DNA of 62,373 nucleotides, filler included, from Platydemus manokwari (GCA_037951405.1; 6 parts of 6 records of this genome joined end to end with filler, not necessarily neighbours in it); one strand, 5' to 3'; shown: positions 24,344 to 40,231, counted from the whole stretch's first letter. Notes: generated from the letters alone by a model not told the origin. Numbers and translations are program-made.

Positions 24344-27300
24344 CTTTGACTTCTGAATTCTTCCATCATTTTCTTTGAAGATGTAAATGTTAAAATCGGT
24401 ATGATGGCGAATGGTAATTGCATACTCATCAGCACATTGAGCAAATCATTCATACTTGTCAAATCACCGATACCTATTGTTGTAATATGAAATTTATTAA
24501 TTCACAACTCAAATATTTGCTTCATTGATTAAATTAGAGACCAGGACCATCATCGAATTATATCATATCTAGCAAATTGAAATTTATTATTGCAGAACTA
24601 AATATTTTTCGTTGGTCGAACTCATGCCAAAAGATCAATTCGTTTATATTGCAGATTATTTATTGGAAAAAATGACCAAAGAATTCGTAATGATAAATCG
24701 GTAAAAATAGAATACAAAACACTTGGAAATTGTATTTTTTATTTAGGGTTATATATTTGGTTATTGAACTAAATTTAAGAAAACAGACTAATGATAAATA
24801 TGACTTGATTTGTGTTCATATTTATATTTAACCAACCAATCAAATCACGATAATGTGAATCGAAATAACTCAACACTGTAAATTGAGAAATTCAGACCAA
24901 CAAAGAAAACTAGAATGACGTAAGCGAGATTGAATAATAAAGTACTATTAATAGAACCATGACAGAAACATTATGAAAAACACAGGTGTGAGAAATAGCA
25001 CAATTAATATTAAAAAGAAAAACAAAGCAGAATAACCTTTATAGAATGCAATGAAAATTGTCGGTGAAATTGCTATAGATCGAGTAAGCAGAACTCTTTG
25101 CCATCGTTTCCATTTCAAATTTAGAAAACCCTGCAAAAAATTCAATAAAACCATGAGTAAAATATTTATTAAATCATGATTACAATGATTTCATCATAAA
25201 TAAATAACAATATTATTTTTCAAATATTCTGTGAGTTATACAAATATATCTAGATACATCACAGTATCAGATCAATGTTGCTTATTGATTGAAAATAATT
25301 CCAAAAATTCTAGTGGAAATTGATCTAAAAATCATAAATATTTTCATATCGATAATTAAATTATCAGCAAATACAAAAAGTAAAGTGAAATCATACGTTT
25401 TTAATTGAATAATAATGAGATAAATCTCAATAGGTTTATCCTCACAATACCCTTGAAAATATGCTAGATTCACTGATAAGATTCAAGTTCAATAAAGTGA
25501 TAACTAATTAATAATTGGTTTTTTGTATTGAGCTCGATATTTGCTAATTTTACATTATATTAGTGTTCTTCAAAAGGGGGGATAGTAACCCACCAGTGGG
25601 TCGTGAGAAATTTCGTTTTTGAAACTGACTTATATTTAAGACAAAATATCGATCGAATTTGAAAGATATGGAATTAGTGCTGAGACCAGACATCACCGAA
25701 ATAGAGCCAAGATTTGATGTTTCATGCCAGAATATGCAAAGTCGTTGTTATTATTAAATATACTTTAATTTTTTGGTGGTAATAAAATTTATTTAAAGAA
25801 TTTACTTCATTATTTTTATTTTAGTCCCCAGGGGTCGCGAAAAAATTTGGACTCATAAAGTGGGTCGCAACACAAAAAGTGAGTAATTTATTTTGATTTT
25901 CTATCTCTAATAGAATAAAATATGTTTGAAACTAAACTTCACAACATAAAGAAATTATATGATTTGTGAAAATATTAAGAGAAAATTACGAACAAAGTTC
26001 AATATTCAAGACTTTTCTAAGCAAACAAAAAGAAGCATTTGACGTTTAAAACTCTAACTTCAGTGGTGAGACACAAGTTGTGAGGTTTTGTAAAAGTTTT
26101 CCGATTTAATTTGAACAAGTTCTTCAGTGGCTTATTCAATGATTCCATATTTAAAGCATGATAACCGATATCGATAATTATAATCAAAAATATTTATTAT
26201 TTTTATCATATCTGATAAAAATTATGTCAGATCACGTGATGACCAAAATTCATATTGGAATGGAATTCATATTGATTATAGTTAAGGCTATAATGACTTC
26301 CTGACATAACCATTGACAATCACAATGTTTAATTACAATGACAAGTGAATACTATCTAGTGAGTACATTCTACTCTCATCAGTATTTCATAGGATCTAGA
26401 ATTCACATTTTAATATTTTCCTCAATGCTTGATACGGACTAGATACGGTATATATGCCCACTTAAGCTGTGGATATAAACCTCTCACATTATTTTAACCT
26501 TCATGTGACTTAGGTTAACATCACAAATGAGTCACGAGAAGGAGTGAAGGTGTATGGTTAAAAATAGAAATTTATCCTTAGGTCATCAAGCCACATAATA
26601 AAATACTGGTACCATACTTCTGTAATATTTTGTTGTTTGAAACCTCTAAATAACATCCACGTACTCTATATAACAAAAATTATGATCTTCTTACCTAATA
26701 AAATTAGGACGATCAATGAAATAAAATGGAACCAATGACATTGTTATCTTTGTGATAATGTAACAACATATTAATATAACGCCGTATGAAAATGGCAATT
26801 TTGCTTACTTCCATGACAAATTGACCCGCATATGTGCCCGTCATTGTTGAACTCTGTCCGGCAGCCAGTATTCCGATGGCCCAGATATACAAACAAGCCA
26901 ATCCAAACCGACAGCCAAGAAAAATTCCCTTATTAAAAAGATGATAATTTTTACAATGTTTTTATGTTGTTTCTTAATAAGAAATGATTTCACATGTTCT
27001 AAATTTATTGAAAAACGAGAAATCTTTCAATCGGAAATTAAAAGAAAAATTAAATTAACGATTTTTCCACACAAATGTTTCTGCAATATAACCTACGATA
27101 TCGATTTTGAACTCCTATGGTACTCACTTATGATCATAAATATCACAGGAACAAATATCAAATCGACAGGGAACATTTATTATCAAACACTTTATACAAA
27201 CCAAGAACAATTACTTATGTATTTCTGAATTCATTCATTTTACCTTATTATATGAATAAAATGAAAATATCAAAAATTTTTTGGAAAATTAACTTATTGA

Positions 27301-30300
27301 TTGAAGTAGATAAGCGAAATTCTGGTTATAAAAATTCTTCTGACAATTTTTACAGTTAACCGCGTATCAAAAACACGGTCAAGGTACGAGAAGTCAACAA
27401 AACTAAGAATCCAAAGTTTAATTAAACAAATAATTCAAAACCATTGATTTAAAAAAACTCTGAAGGTTTTCATGAATCTAATTACCTCGGTAAAAATGAT
27501 TTATTGATTCACGAAGACTTAAACAATAGAATGGTGCTATGCATCAGAATATACAGTATTTATCTTATTATTTTAATTGTTTGATTATTAAGGTGATTAT
27601 CTGGATATCAATAAATTTTCTCATAATCGATCTTATATACATTTACAGATTATTTCAATAAATCTAAAAATCGCTTGAAATATTCAGAACTGATTAATAA
27701 TAATATGATTTATAATCAGTAATATTTTCAAAGACATTTCAAAGTGACATATTGATACACAATTCATGAAGTCAGTCATGAATAAAACAATACACATTAT
27801 ACTTAAACTTTCTGATTAAATTCGATAATATTTTTTATTGATAATTTTTATCAATTTTCAATCAATCATGAATAATTAATTTGACAAAAATCGAGCAAGT
27901 TTGTATAAATAAATATTATAAATGCGTTGGATATGCATAGTACTTGAAAACATCATTACTTGGCTATCAACCTTGAAATTTGTGATGAGAATATCAACCA
28001 CTTAACAACAATGATATCAATATTTAATCATATGATGTATTCATCATTGCAAATCAACTAGCTATCAGAAAATATACACCTAGAGAATATCGTGGGAAGG
28101 AAAAGTTATTAATAATGGCATTATCAATCAATCAATCAATCAATAATATTCATCGATTGATGATATTAATAAAAATGATAATTGAATCAAATCATAAAAT
28201 ACATTTACAATGGTACGTTGTGATGGAGTTATCATTAATTGTTCAGATACTGTCCGACATTTGTATATATCAACCATTGATTATTAATAATAACAAAATT
28301 AATCTTGTTATGGATACAGTTGCAAGTCGATTTATTTGTTGAGTTTTAACGCCAGTAATTCGGATCTTAGCAGTGATTAGAAATAAATAATTATATACAT
28401 CAAATAAATAATAATATCACAATTCAATTAACATCGTTGTTATTATCGACAGGGACCATGTGGTGACATATTAGATTTAAAAAGAAAATAAAATAAGATG
28501 TCAAACATAATTTGACGAAAGAATATAAATATTGTCGAGAAGACATTTTTTGTTTCATTGTAAATATTGAATTTTTCGGTAATTTTGCTATTGATTAAAA
28601 GAATAAAACTTATAATGTATAGATTTGATCAATCCGAATTGAATAACAAAAGAGCCAAGTGCCATGCCATCAATATATTTTTACGTAATTAATCACCCTA
28701 GAAAATATGTTCAATTAATTTAATTAATTTTCACATTTATCAATGAATAGTTTGAGGAAAAATTGAGGAAAATAGAAGTAAAACCCGAGAATTTATTATA
28801 CTGCTCAATTGCGATTCTTTAATAGCACAATGTGTATAAACCATATTTGGGTTTGATTTGAGCATTTATCGATCGTTTTGCTATCAACTAGAAATTAATC
28901 GACAAAAGCATAAACTACAGAATACAAATGACTTAGTTTTGAATGTTTCAATAACACACCATATTGTTCAAACATTGAAACATCTTTCATAATGAATTGA
29001 TAAGTTTCTACATCGATTTCATAACTTTGAATTGTTTGAAATGAAGTTTTCAAATGTTTCATTCCCTTTTAGTTGTGATCTCACAAGAAGGGCAATTATA
29101 TACTATAAATGAAACTTATCGAATTTCACCGATATTACGATTTAAGAATAGAATTCAGAGATGTCTGAGAATAACATTGTATATCGTAAATTCCATCCAG
29201 TAATTATATGTGTAACGGAATTGCAAATGTCGTTGATATGAATGTTTTAAAATTGAGACAATTTTCATACGAAATTTTGGCTAAAGTTAAAAAAAAGGGT
29301 CCTAAAATGAAATTTTAAAATTTTTGAGCGTATTGCAAAATTCTATATAGTTTATTTAATGATATTCTTTAAAAATATTTTGAATTTTTTTATTTAAGTA
29401 CTTCAGAAGAGTTCAAGTTGTTTGAAATCAAATATTAAATACACTAGAGCTTCAAAATCTCCTAAAATTTGATGAAAAAAGCAGGTCGAATTGCAATTTA
29501 TTGAAAATTAGCGAGAACCCTTTATGAGAAAATTGAGACACTTTCAATGTTTACAATTATTTTATAAAAATAATCAATGATATCATTAAACATGTTTGTA
29601 ATTAACTAACTCGATTTATAATTAAAAAAAATTATTTTAAAAACTCAAATAATCATATAGAAGTGTTGTGATTAGAATGGGAACTTGGTTTTAAAACTAT
29701 GTTTTGTCACTATTAGACATCTTAAAAAAAAGATATTCACTGAATTATACGAATAAATCAAACATAGCAGTTATAAATAAAATTAAGTTATAAAATTATC
29801 ACATGCGCGAAAATTCATTATTACGAAAGTAGGTCAAAGGACCCTTTTTCTTAACTTAAGCCGAAATTTTCAAAAAAATCAAAGATATATTTGAAATTAT
29901 TATGATTATTTGTAAAATTTTTAATTCACTTAAAAATGCATTTTACATTAATAATGAAAAATTTTTAAAACAAAAAAAGGATTTTTGAATTAAAATTATA
30001 AGTACTCAATTGTGTGATATACTCAATTTGTGACATCAAGTGAATCATAAAATCTTTAACATTATTTCAGGAATTTTTGGATTATGTAAAAATATTGAAA
30101 TTATAATTTCAAAGTGGTAATTAACCAATATCGAATTTCCAATATCGTGTTATTGATTGAAAAGTTTATTTATTCAAATAATCAAAAGCTTTTCTTGTAA
30201 AGGAAACATTAGAACATAATATTTTCGATTATAATCTCATGTAAATAAACTATGTCAAGAAATGCTACCATATATTTAGCTATAAATCTTATTAATAAAT

Positions 30301-33300
30301 CTGATTCCCTAAATACGATTTCAAAAGTGTGAAATTATCCAATTTTTCAATCAATATCTACCAATATCAAAACAAATTCAACCAAAACATGTCATTTGTA
30401 AATAACTGTGTCATAAATTGTAGTCAAATGAATTGCAAATATCCACGACCATATAGCAGAAGGACATATAAGTTATTAAATTATAAATATAATTGGAATA
30501 AAAAAATGATTATTATAATGCAAGAACTTACTCCTTTGTATATATCAATATCGTCCAGAGAATTTGATTTCTGAAATTTAAATAAATTAACAAAAATTAT
30601 AAAAAATAATATAATTAAAGTATTAAATATCATCATGAATTCAATCAAACATTGGCTTTAATTCGTCTTGATATCTCAACGGATAGTATACCGAAAATCA
30701 CTCGTAGAATGAATCCATTATTTTATTATTTACTAATCGATAAATTTGAATCCACGATCTCTTAATGAACATCATTTTTATTTAACGCTAAGCTATGATA
30801 ATCGCTATTCAGTTCAATTTAAGCACATCTTAATGAACAATTTTTCGTGACCATCTTTGTTTGATCTTTAATCAAAGATGATTATTATTTCTGCTCTTTT
30901 TGCAGTTTTAAAGAAATAAGGAATTCTTTATTTATGAATTTGTCAAGAATTAATAATTCTAAATTAACATATCGAATATAAAATATTAAGCCATTATGAT
31001 TGCATTGACATTTTTTATGACATTTGTCATAAATGTGCAGCTAGGAAAATCAAATATCAATTAACAAACGTCTTGATTAGAAGACAAACTGATTTGATTC
31101 GATAAACATTTCAGTGAAAGGGTTTTATTAAACATATGAACATGCTAAGAAGAAAAATGAGCATAATATAGACAAATATGTGACATTCACGCTTTCGAGG
31201 TATCCATATATTTACCGCATACTACTAAATCATTCTTTACTGTAAATACAAAATCAAAAAATTTGTATTATATTTGATTTATCATAATAAAATATTTTTA
31301 CTTGATGAACAATGATAGTCAATAATCATGTTCATGAATACAAAAGGTCTTCAACTAGGAATTTATTGTATTTTTTCAGTGAATTAAAGACAGTCAATAT
31401 TCAGTTTATTCTTACCGATTATGCTATAGAAACATGTAATAAAAATGTCCAAGGCAATGACTAATTCAAAAAATATATTCCCAAAAGATAGTTACAAGGG
31501 CTTTTCACCCTAAGATTACTCATATTATTATTAACGTTATTCGCTTAAAGCTCATACAGAATGTCAAATTAAATGTTCTCTTAATAATTGACAGTAGGCC
31601 AACATAACTATAATTAATACAAACTGGTCTCGACATCGAATCTTGAGTAAATGGAGAAATAAATATTTCATTAAACAAAAATAATTTTCATTATACTATC
31701 ATGACTTATTACATAATAAATTTAGTATCAATATAAACAGTCGTTAATCTTAAATATAGAATCAACATCGATAATATTTTATAAACAATATTAATATATT
31801 GGAATCATTCGGACAATATAATTAATATCATTATCGATTATAACAAATAATAATAATAATAAATGGAAAATATTAAAGATAAATAATTCAATCACTCACA
31901 TTAAAGATAGTCCAATGAGGAACTTTATTTATTGCACATTCGCTTAACTAGAAATAAATCATAATCAATATCATTTTACATAATAAACAAATATAAATTT
32001 GGATTTAATAATATTAATAATCTTTCAACAACGTATATTCTGTTGATATGCTATCTTCTATTATCAAGCAAATTAAATTATTATTATTTATTAGAAATGA
32101 AATACTTTTTAACTTATAATGATGGTCAAATATAAAATAATATTTTATTATAATTTAATATTGATGAATTATTATTGATGATCAATTATAAAATAAATTC
32201 AAAATTAATCAACTGGAATATTCTACTCACTATTGTTGTCGTATTTTTGCCATAGAATCCTTCAGCAAATACTGACACCACAAAAACATTGATCAAAAAC
32301 GATACAAACAATGCTATTGATGATTCAATGAGATAATAGAAGTTTGCTTCTCGAATTTTGTCTCGCCTGCTTCGATTTATATTTCTAGATTTGACCAAAG
32401 CTGAGTGTAAATAGATATTATGTGGCATAATCACTGCACCGATGATGCCAACGGCTTGCAACAGTTCCTTGCTGCCACAATTCTCACAATACGGAACAAA
32501 CATTCCCGTGAGTACTTCAACTTGGTTTGGTTTCACAACCACATACTAAAAATATGAGATGATGCGATGAGTCATTTGACAGATCAAGCAAGGCAGTAAA
32601 AGATCATGAATTACAAAAAATCAAAATTATTAATTTACAAATATGACGATTCCTAATAATCCAAATGGATTTGATTCAAAATTTGTGGTGATAAACTTTT
32701 CAAAAATATGCCAAACAAATTCCAAAAGTTAAGAGATTGTGTATTGTGTAGAGCGTTCAAATTACGAATGTCTATTATTGACAACCTGTGATATCAGGTA
32801 TGTCATACTGGTTTTGAGAATTTTAAATTGTTTATCAATCCTTTTACTAGGATCTATGAGCATACATATTTGTAGAGCTCAAATAAAAGTTAATATATCA
32901 AAAATAACGAGTTATTTTAATTTTAAAAACATTATAATTATCTACTATATTAAAGTTATGAATTGAATTATTATAAATTATCTCTAAATAAAAATTCATA
33001 TAAAATCACGAAATCATCTTTTTGGTTAGAAATCCAATTTATATGCATTATTTTGTTCAACTCATCAGAAAGTAACTTTTTACTAAATATTTAGCTTGAT
33101 ATATTTGAGTTTCTTTCAATTGTGAATAAGAAATGCTTAAAATTTTTGAATGAAATGTTTGATTTCGAATTAAATTGAAAGCAAATACCGAAAAAATATT
33201 CAAAATGATTCAAGTTTGCTAATATTTGCTTTATATTTTTGTCCATTGAAAAGGTAATAACTACAAATGGTTATATTTTCGATAAAACAATTACAATTTT

Positions 33301-34055
33301 CATTCATTGTAAATAAATATTCATAACAAATTATCCCAAAAACATTCGAGATTAACATGAAATAATCTATCTCATCTTACATATAAATTATGATTTTAAT
33401 ATCAACATCTAACGAATTTTGTGAGTTTGATAATTTAGTCACTTTTCATTCGATTTAATAATAATGATAAATATTTTATTAATTAAATGCAAATGTTAAC
33501 AAATACTCGAAATCCGAATATGAACACTCAAATGATTTTAAACGATGCGATCGATTTGATGATGTTTTTTTAATGATTTTATTTCAATTATAAGATTAAT
33601 TTACCATTTTTGATAGAAATAATTTTTAAATTATTAACCTGATAACCAAAAGAGAATCCCATAATAGTAATTAACAATCCGAAAAACGCTTCCAATTTTC
33701 GCAAACCATATCTGTCAAGAAGGAGAAAAGTGAAAGTGTCGACTATTGTCACCAAAACACCACCCCATAGTGGAATAATACCATTGCTCAATAAATTCAG
33801 AGCAATAGCAGTCCCTATGACTTCCTATAAAAATAACTGGATTATATTTCCTATATGCCTTAACACCAATATCACCTGCATATCTGAACCGATAATAGCT
33901 ATTTCTATCATCACCCAAAGAATAATTCGAGGTACTTTTGGATAACGTACATAGCATACTTCTGCTAGATGCATACCAGTCACCACACCCAATCTTGCTG
34001 ACAGCCTTTGCATTAATAAACCCAAAAAGGTAGCCAGTAGTAATAACCATAGCAA
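24344..34055 (-). CDS. slc11a2: Nramp/DMT1 (SLC11, Malvolio-like) divalent metal transporter, internal exons 34055-33876, 33824-33639, 32545-32231, 31947-31900, 30570-30532, 26928-26809, 25130-25037, 24473-24344; first and last exons not found, probably lost in gaps
   Basis: All eight exons are GT-AG bounded and phase-compatible. Hallmark segments: [100 protein letters not shown]. The symbol marks the family; orthology to SLC11A2 versus SLC11A1 is not resolved. Confidence 0.96.
25561..25885 (+). mobile_element. hAT (Charlie/Buster-like) deletion derivative carrying the transposase C-terminal tail
   Basis: Starts TAGTGTTCTTCAAA, with subterminal GGGTCG repeats at both ends. The internal frame [34 protein letters not shown] resembles the Buster/ZBED5-type C-terminus. 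Right TIR not found. Confidence 0.7.
29279..29862. mobile_element. Non-autonomous DNA transposon (MITE), Merlin-like, copy 1
   Basis: 24-bp TIRs GGCTAAAGTTAAAAAAAAGGGTCC and GGACCCTTTTTCTTAACTTAAGCC; perfect 8-bp TSD GAAATTTT (29271-29278 and 29863-29870). Confidence 0.85.
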
Positions 34056-34511
34056 CTGAAATATATAGAATTAAGTGATTTATGAAAATTTGCATAATTT
34101 AACAAAATGATTTAGTGAAATATCAATAATTCATTGAAATATCAATACTGACACTGATTGCTGACAAGGTTTTCAATGTGGTATTTTTGGAAATATTATT
34201 AGATATTGGATTAATGTAATCAATGGATATCAAGACCAAAATCTTTAAGTGATAAAAATAAGGTACGATAAAAAATTATAAATTATTTTATTAAATAAAA
34301 ATAAAAAGAGAAATTCATTTTTGATGATATTTAATTTTTAATAATCTTAATATTTGGTTTATATTGTAAAATAAAAACATTAAATTACTAATAATAATGT
34401 CAATAGCAAGTNNNNNNNNNNNNNNNNNNNNNNNNNNNNNNNNNNNNNNNNNNNNTTAATTAATTAANNNNNNNNNNNNNNNNNNNNNNNNNNNNNNNNN
34501 NNNNNNNNNNN

Positions 34512-35417
34512 TAAATTAATTTGAATTTTTTATTTCAGTCCTTAAGAAGAATTTTAGTTGTTTGAAATAGAATATTAAATAGACTAGTGCTTCAAAATCC
34601 TCTAAAATTTGATTACTCTAAAATCGTATCAAAATATATCATAATGCAATTTATTGTAAACTTGCGCGTAATCCTTTTTAACTTTATCAGCAAATTGATA
34701 GATACTTTAAATTTTTATAATCATTTTATGAAAATATGTGATTTTACATTATTAAACATGTTAGTATTTTACTAACTCGATTTATAATTTTAAAAAATTA
34801 AATTTAAAAATTATAAAATCCGTATAAAAATGTTGTGATCAGAATAGGAACTTGGTTTATCAATTATGTATTGATCTCTTCGACATTATAAAATGTGAGA
34901 TACCAATGGAACTATGTAAATAAACCAAATTTCACAAAATGATAAAAATCCTCAAAGACAAAACTAAATATTCCAAAAATTTAATTTTCATTTCCTAATT
35001 TGATAATTTTTTTTATTTCATAGTCGAGATGTAAGATAAATATAAAAATTAAAGTTCAATGTAATATTTTAGACTTCAATGGTGATAGGGGAGTCCAGAT
35101 TAATCATTTTTACGTTTTATTTGATCTTTCAAAGATGCATTCCAAAATTTAATTATCAATATTCCACGGTGAATCATTCTAAGTGCTTTGTGAATCCGGA
35201 TAATCGGAACATTTATACACAAGCTATTGAATCGACATTAAATTGTGATTGCTGTTTTTCTGATAGAATTTATCTGTTTATTATTTTCAGTTAAAAATTG
35301 AATTTTATGATAAAATATCATAAGAATATCATTGTAAATAAATTTTGAAATTAAATAATACTGTAAAAATAATTACAAAAGAATTATGTCAAAGGACCCA
35401 TTTCCTTAATTTAACCC
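34512..35417. mobile_element. Longer variant of the same Merlin-like MITE family (left end lost in the gap)
   Basis: Shares TTGTTTGAAAT.AATATTAAATA, AACTCGATTTATAATT and TGTTGTGAT.AGAAT.GGAACTTGGTTT blocks; ends in the TIR-like AAAGGACCCATTTCCTTAATTTAACCC. Confidence 0.7.
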
Positions 35418-38400
35418 ATATATATAATACATAAATTATTACTGAATTATTAAAAATTAAAGTTGATTAAATTACTAAATTTAAACAAATACGAAAATTA
35501 ATTGTTTTTGATAACAATCAAGTCAAATATAAAAATAGTTATTCTGAATTAAAATAAAGAAAATAATAACTCAAATTGACTCAGTCAAGGAAGAGTGTAA
35601 GGATTGATTTTTTAATATTGCTAATTCTTATTTATTTCCTAAATACGTGCATTCAGTCTGACATTCTGTATTCATTCATTAGCTGATTAAAATGAGTTCT
35701 TGTTATAGGGTTTAATTTTAATGGATATCAGTATCGCTAATAAAGAAAATGATAGTTTAATTAAAAATATAAGTAATTTTAAAAAATGAATTCAAGCGAT
35801 CCACTGAAATATGCTAATTGACTTTTATTTTTCCACAAAACATTTGGGATTAATCTAATTGTATAAATATTTTTATTATCTGCAAATTATATTAGAGATA
35901 TTTATAACTTAATTTAGAAATCTTTTAAAGCTGAAATCAAAAGCACCCCAATATAAATTCGATATTTTTACTTTCACCTTTTATTGAATATTTATTTCAG
36001 TTATAAATAGTGAATTTTAATGATGGACCAAAACTTGGTTACATTTTATTGCATTTTTGCACAATGAATCGATTTATTGCCAATTGCACATATAAAATGT
36101 GTAGGCTATAATCATTGAATTATTGATAATTCAATATGGTAGTTTATAACTTGATCCAATAGTTAGTTATTATTCATGGATTGAATTTATAAAAGTGTCA
36201 CGGTACCAGGCACTGAACAAAAAATAACTTCAATTCTCCAATGCGAACATGCACAATCAAAGTTGGAAAATAGATATAAACAGTTAATATTACAATTTAT
36301 TCGATCTTTTATTGTGAGAATTTATTAATGACTATGATCGTTGATGTAACGAAAACAATAAAATTGATTATTCATAACTCGCAAAGAAAATAGTATAAAA
36401 ACATAAGGAAAAATAAGAAAATCATGTGCAAAAATTATCAGTCCTTGATCACTGTTGGTCGAACCAAATAATGATAAAATCCTCAAGTAAGCCCAATTCA
36501 AATCAGTGAGCATATACTTGAAAAGACTTGAAGCAGATTGTAGGAGTCTAATTTCTGTTTTAAGAAACAATGTTTTAGTGATGAAAGAATTCTACAATAA
36601 ATGAATTTTAATTTGAAGATCATCATTCAATTTTAAAATTTCTAAATTTTCAACAAGTGCTAATAACAGCCATTAAAAAATTCGAATAACAATGAATGAA
36701 ATAATTAGATAGAATAAAAAACAAATAAAATATGAGGGTAAAATAGGAAAGTTGAATTCAATAATATAAAATTTCAAAAATAATTATAATTTATGGAAGA
36801 TAAAAATTGTACAAATTGGTGTAGAAAAGAAAATTAAATAATTTTCAAATTATTCATTGTAACCAAATGATGGTGAGAGTACAACAAATCTGTGTAACGG
36901 TCTTTAATTATTTGTAAATTTCAATTTATTGGCTTATTATTATCTGTTAATCACAGAATCCATGGTCTCCCTTAAAATTTAAAAGAGAAAAGTATTAAAA
37001 TCAACTGTCAAATAATTAATGTTATAAGAGCACTTATGCCTCAACACAATTAAATAATGTCTTCAGGGGTGTTCAAATACGAGTAAGAGACATATCTAGA
37101 ACTATATATATAAACCTTAAAATCTTAATATTTTCCGTCATGCTTTTAACAGAAGTAAAAATGATTAACTGCAATTTTAGCACTTCCACGTTGAAATTAA
37201 AATTCCACATATATAATATAAGCGTCAAACTGTGGTCAATATGATGTTATTGAACTATTTTGGTGCAACAAGTGTCTTCAATGTTTAACAGAACTCAACA
37301 CCGCATCTAAATGTATAACATTATCAAAGAAAAATATTCAGATTGATGTTTTAATGCATCAATGATATGATGGATCAAAGGAAGCACATATTTAAATCTG
37401 ATGAAATAAGAGAATGAACGAAAGACAAAATGACAATTATTTACTAAAATGTGGATTCAATTGTGAACTTTTATTGTGTTAATTTTATTATGGGAATAAA
37501 TAATTTCACTCAATCTGATTTTTATTTTCTGAATTGAAGTTCTTGAAAATTATTTTATTTTTGTTTGTTTTGCTTCATTATAAATAAACTGTGTAACATT
37601 CAATATGTATTTATACATTACTTTGTTACAGTTTGTGTTGATAAAAACCTATTATCAAACTCAACAGAATGGATTCTAATTGTATCGATTGACTGTAATA
37701 TTTAACCCTTCTTCTATCTTTTTTACAAACTAGGTAACACTAATTATTTTATTTAAACCTTTTGAATTGAAATTATACAGATAAAATAATAGATAAAGCT
37801 TTCAATTGTAGTTGTCTTACTAAGATCACAGGAACTAAATTTCACATTAATGATTTTGGTAGAATAAATTGTAATTTATAATTTAATTGATACCAAAAAA
37901 GCCGTGTCCTTCTAGTTAAATATTTCTTTGTTTTATGAAGTATACAAAATTCTAATTCTGGACTACTAAATTTATTGTACTTTGTATTCAATCGATTATT
38001 GTTTTCCCCGGATAATTATTAGATAATTTATTTTTTCCAGATGGTAAATTCTTGATGCGACAATTTTTCCAACTTTTTTCCAACAGTATTTTCAACTTTC
38101 TGAATTTTTGAGTTTCGTCACTTTAAATGGTTATTTCGCTCGAGTACTTTGATCAGATGATTACTAAAAATTTTACTAGTTCATTCTACAGTTCATGTTA
38201 TTTTTCCATTTTTAAATTATCTTTGGTTCTTTGTGACACCTTCTGTCATCAGCCGATTTAAATGTTTTTATCCATTTTTATTTTTGTAAATGTCATTTTC
38301 AGTAACTTATTTTATAAATAACAAACCTAACATTTTTTCATAAATTTTATAACTTCAAAAATAATAATTAATAGCCAATATGACTTCAAGATAATCAATA

Positions 38401-40231
38401 TAAATTATTATTACACAAATTATATCCAATAAATGTCAAATTATCAATCAAGAAAGAGTCAAATAAAAAGGTTCATCGATAAATAATCGAATATCAAAAA
38501 ATAGTCAGATATCAATTGGGATCGTAATTGATCGAGACTTAAATTTGAATAGCCATTGTTAGGCATTAAGTGTCGCACTCGATGTCCGCCAACTTCAAAA
38601 AAAGCTTTGCTTTCCACCTTCTCAATCTTCCACTCAACCTCATTTTTGTCTTTTTTCAATTTGCTTTGTGACCCACTTTTGTTTTATCGCGTTTGTTTAC
38701 TTAAAAAGTTGATGTGTCTTGCCAATTCTGTTACATTTCACTTTTTCACTGTTCATGTGATCTAACTGTCAAGGGCATCTTTTCATTCTTAATTTTCTCT
38801 ATCGGATTATATTACTAATCTATCTATTGTTAATTCATCTGCATCTCTCAGGTTTTGGCTTTTTGCAATTCAGATATTGACAATTCTCATTAATTTGAGA
38901 TAAAGACTTATAGAATAAAAATTGCATTGGTTTTGCAGCAAATCTATAAAAGCAGCAGTTCCTATCAAATAGTTCACTGAAAGCTTACGTTGAATACAAT
39001 TAAAATTTAGTCTAATATTAATTCCTTTCATTTTTAGAGTAAATGTTAAATGCAGGGAATTTAATTAAAACGAGTTTTACAATTATCATCTTCACAATAA
39101 TTGTCATATATTGTTTCAAGAACTTTTCACATAAAACAAAACTGTATAACTAAACATAATCGTTTTAATAATCTGATGAAAATTGGTAAAATGCATAAGA
39201 AAATCATCAAATCATATAAGATGTGCTAACAGATCTATTCTAAAACATATTAATTGTGTTTATAAAAAAGTATCAATTCATTGTGAAGAATTACACCAAA
39301 ATTTTATATTGTTTATCAGTTATTTATGAAGTTCTTCGTTAGCACACGTACATTAAAATTGAGGAAATTCCTATTAGAGACTGAATCAAAGTTAAATGTA
39401 ACGAGATTTTTGGTTTGAATCACAAAATGAGATATTTTAAGCTGCAATTTGACAGGTTGGTTGATCAGGATTTTAAAGGCTTACTATAATAATTTCCACT
39501 TGAAATTCAAAAATATTTTAGTGATGATAAAAATTTACTTCAAATAATTAAAATTTAGAACTAATTTCACTTTTTAGGTAATATTTATATTTAATAATAG
39601 TTAAGTTATATAAAAGATAAAAATGAAAACCGATTTGTTTTCAAAAGCCGGATGAAAACCATTGCATTTTGCAATACTTGATCAATATCAACTTAAAACA
39701 AAATGATTTTAAAAATTTTGAATATGAATTAAGCACTTAAATTAGTAATAAAATCTATTATTATTAATAATTCAAACCTTCCTCACGATATTGGATCCAA
39801 CTTTTAACCAAATAGATGGAATCATTTAGTATAAATTATTTAAAATTACAGATGAACTTTATAAATTGTTTAAGGCTAACTAGAGCTTAGAATAAATTGT
39901 TTTTTAATCATATATTTAAATATGAACTCTATCGTAGAGAAATATTTACTATACACCAAATATAAGTACAAATATTAATCATAACATATTTAAATTGTTC
40001 TTTTTCTTATTATTTATATCTAAATACTAAAAAAATCATATTGTTTATTAAAATTAAATTTTAAAATTAAACTTCATGCAAAATTTCTTATTTCCGAAAA
40101 TATTCTTAATAAATTTTAGTTTGAGCTGAAATTGTTTGAATTTCTGTTATGTAACGTTCACAAATCAATTTTTTAAACTGGAGTTATTTGCACTATTTTT
40201 TACATTTATTTGAGATAATAATTTTTAAAAA

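Noticed and set aside
26345-26390. Hairpin with CTGATGA on the minus strand followed by a GAGTA/TACTC stem (hammerhead-like)
   Set aside because: The obligatory GAAA after stem II is absent and no stem I/III arrangement fits.
36325-38765. Short ORFs upstream of the Nramp exons, as candidate missing 5' exons
   Set aside because: No GPG/DPGN Nramp motifs and no recognisable family; probably decayed repeats or chance ORFs.
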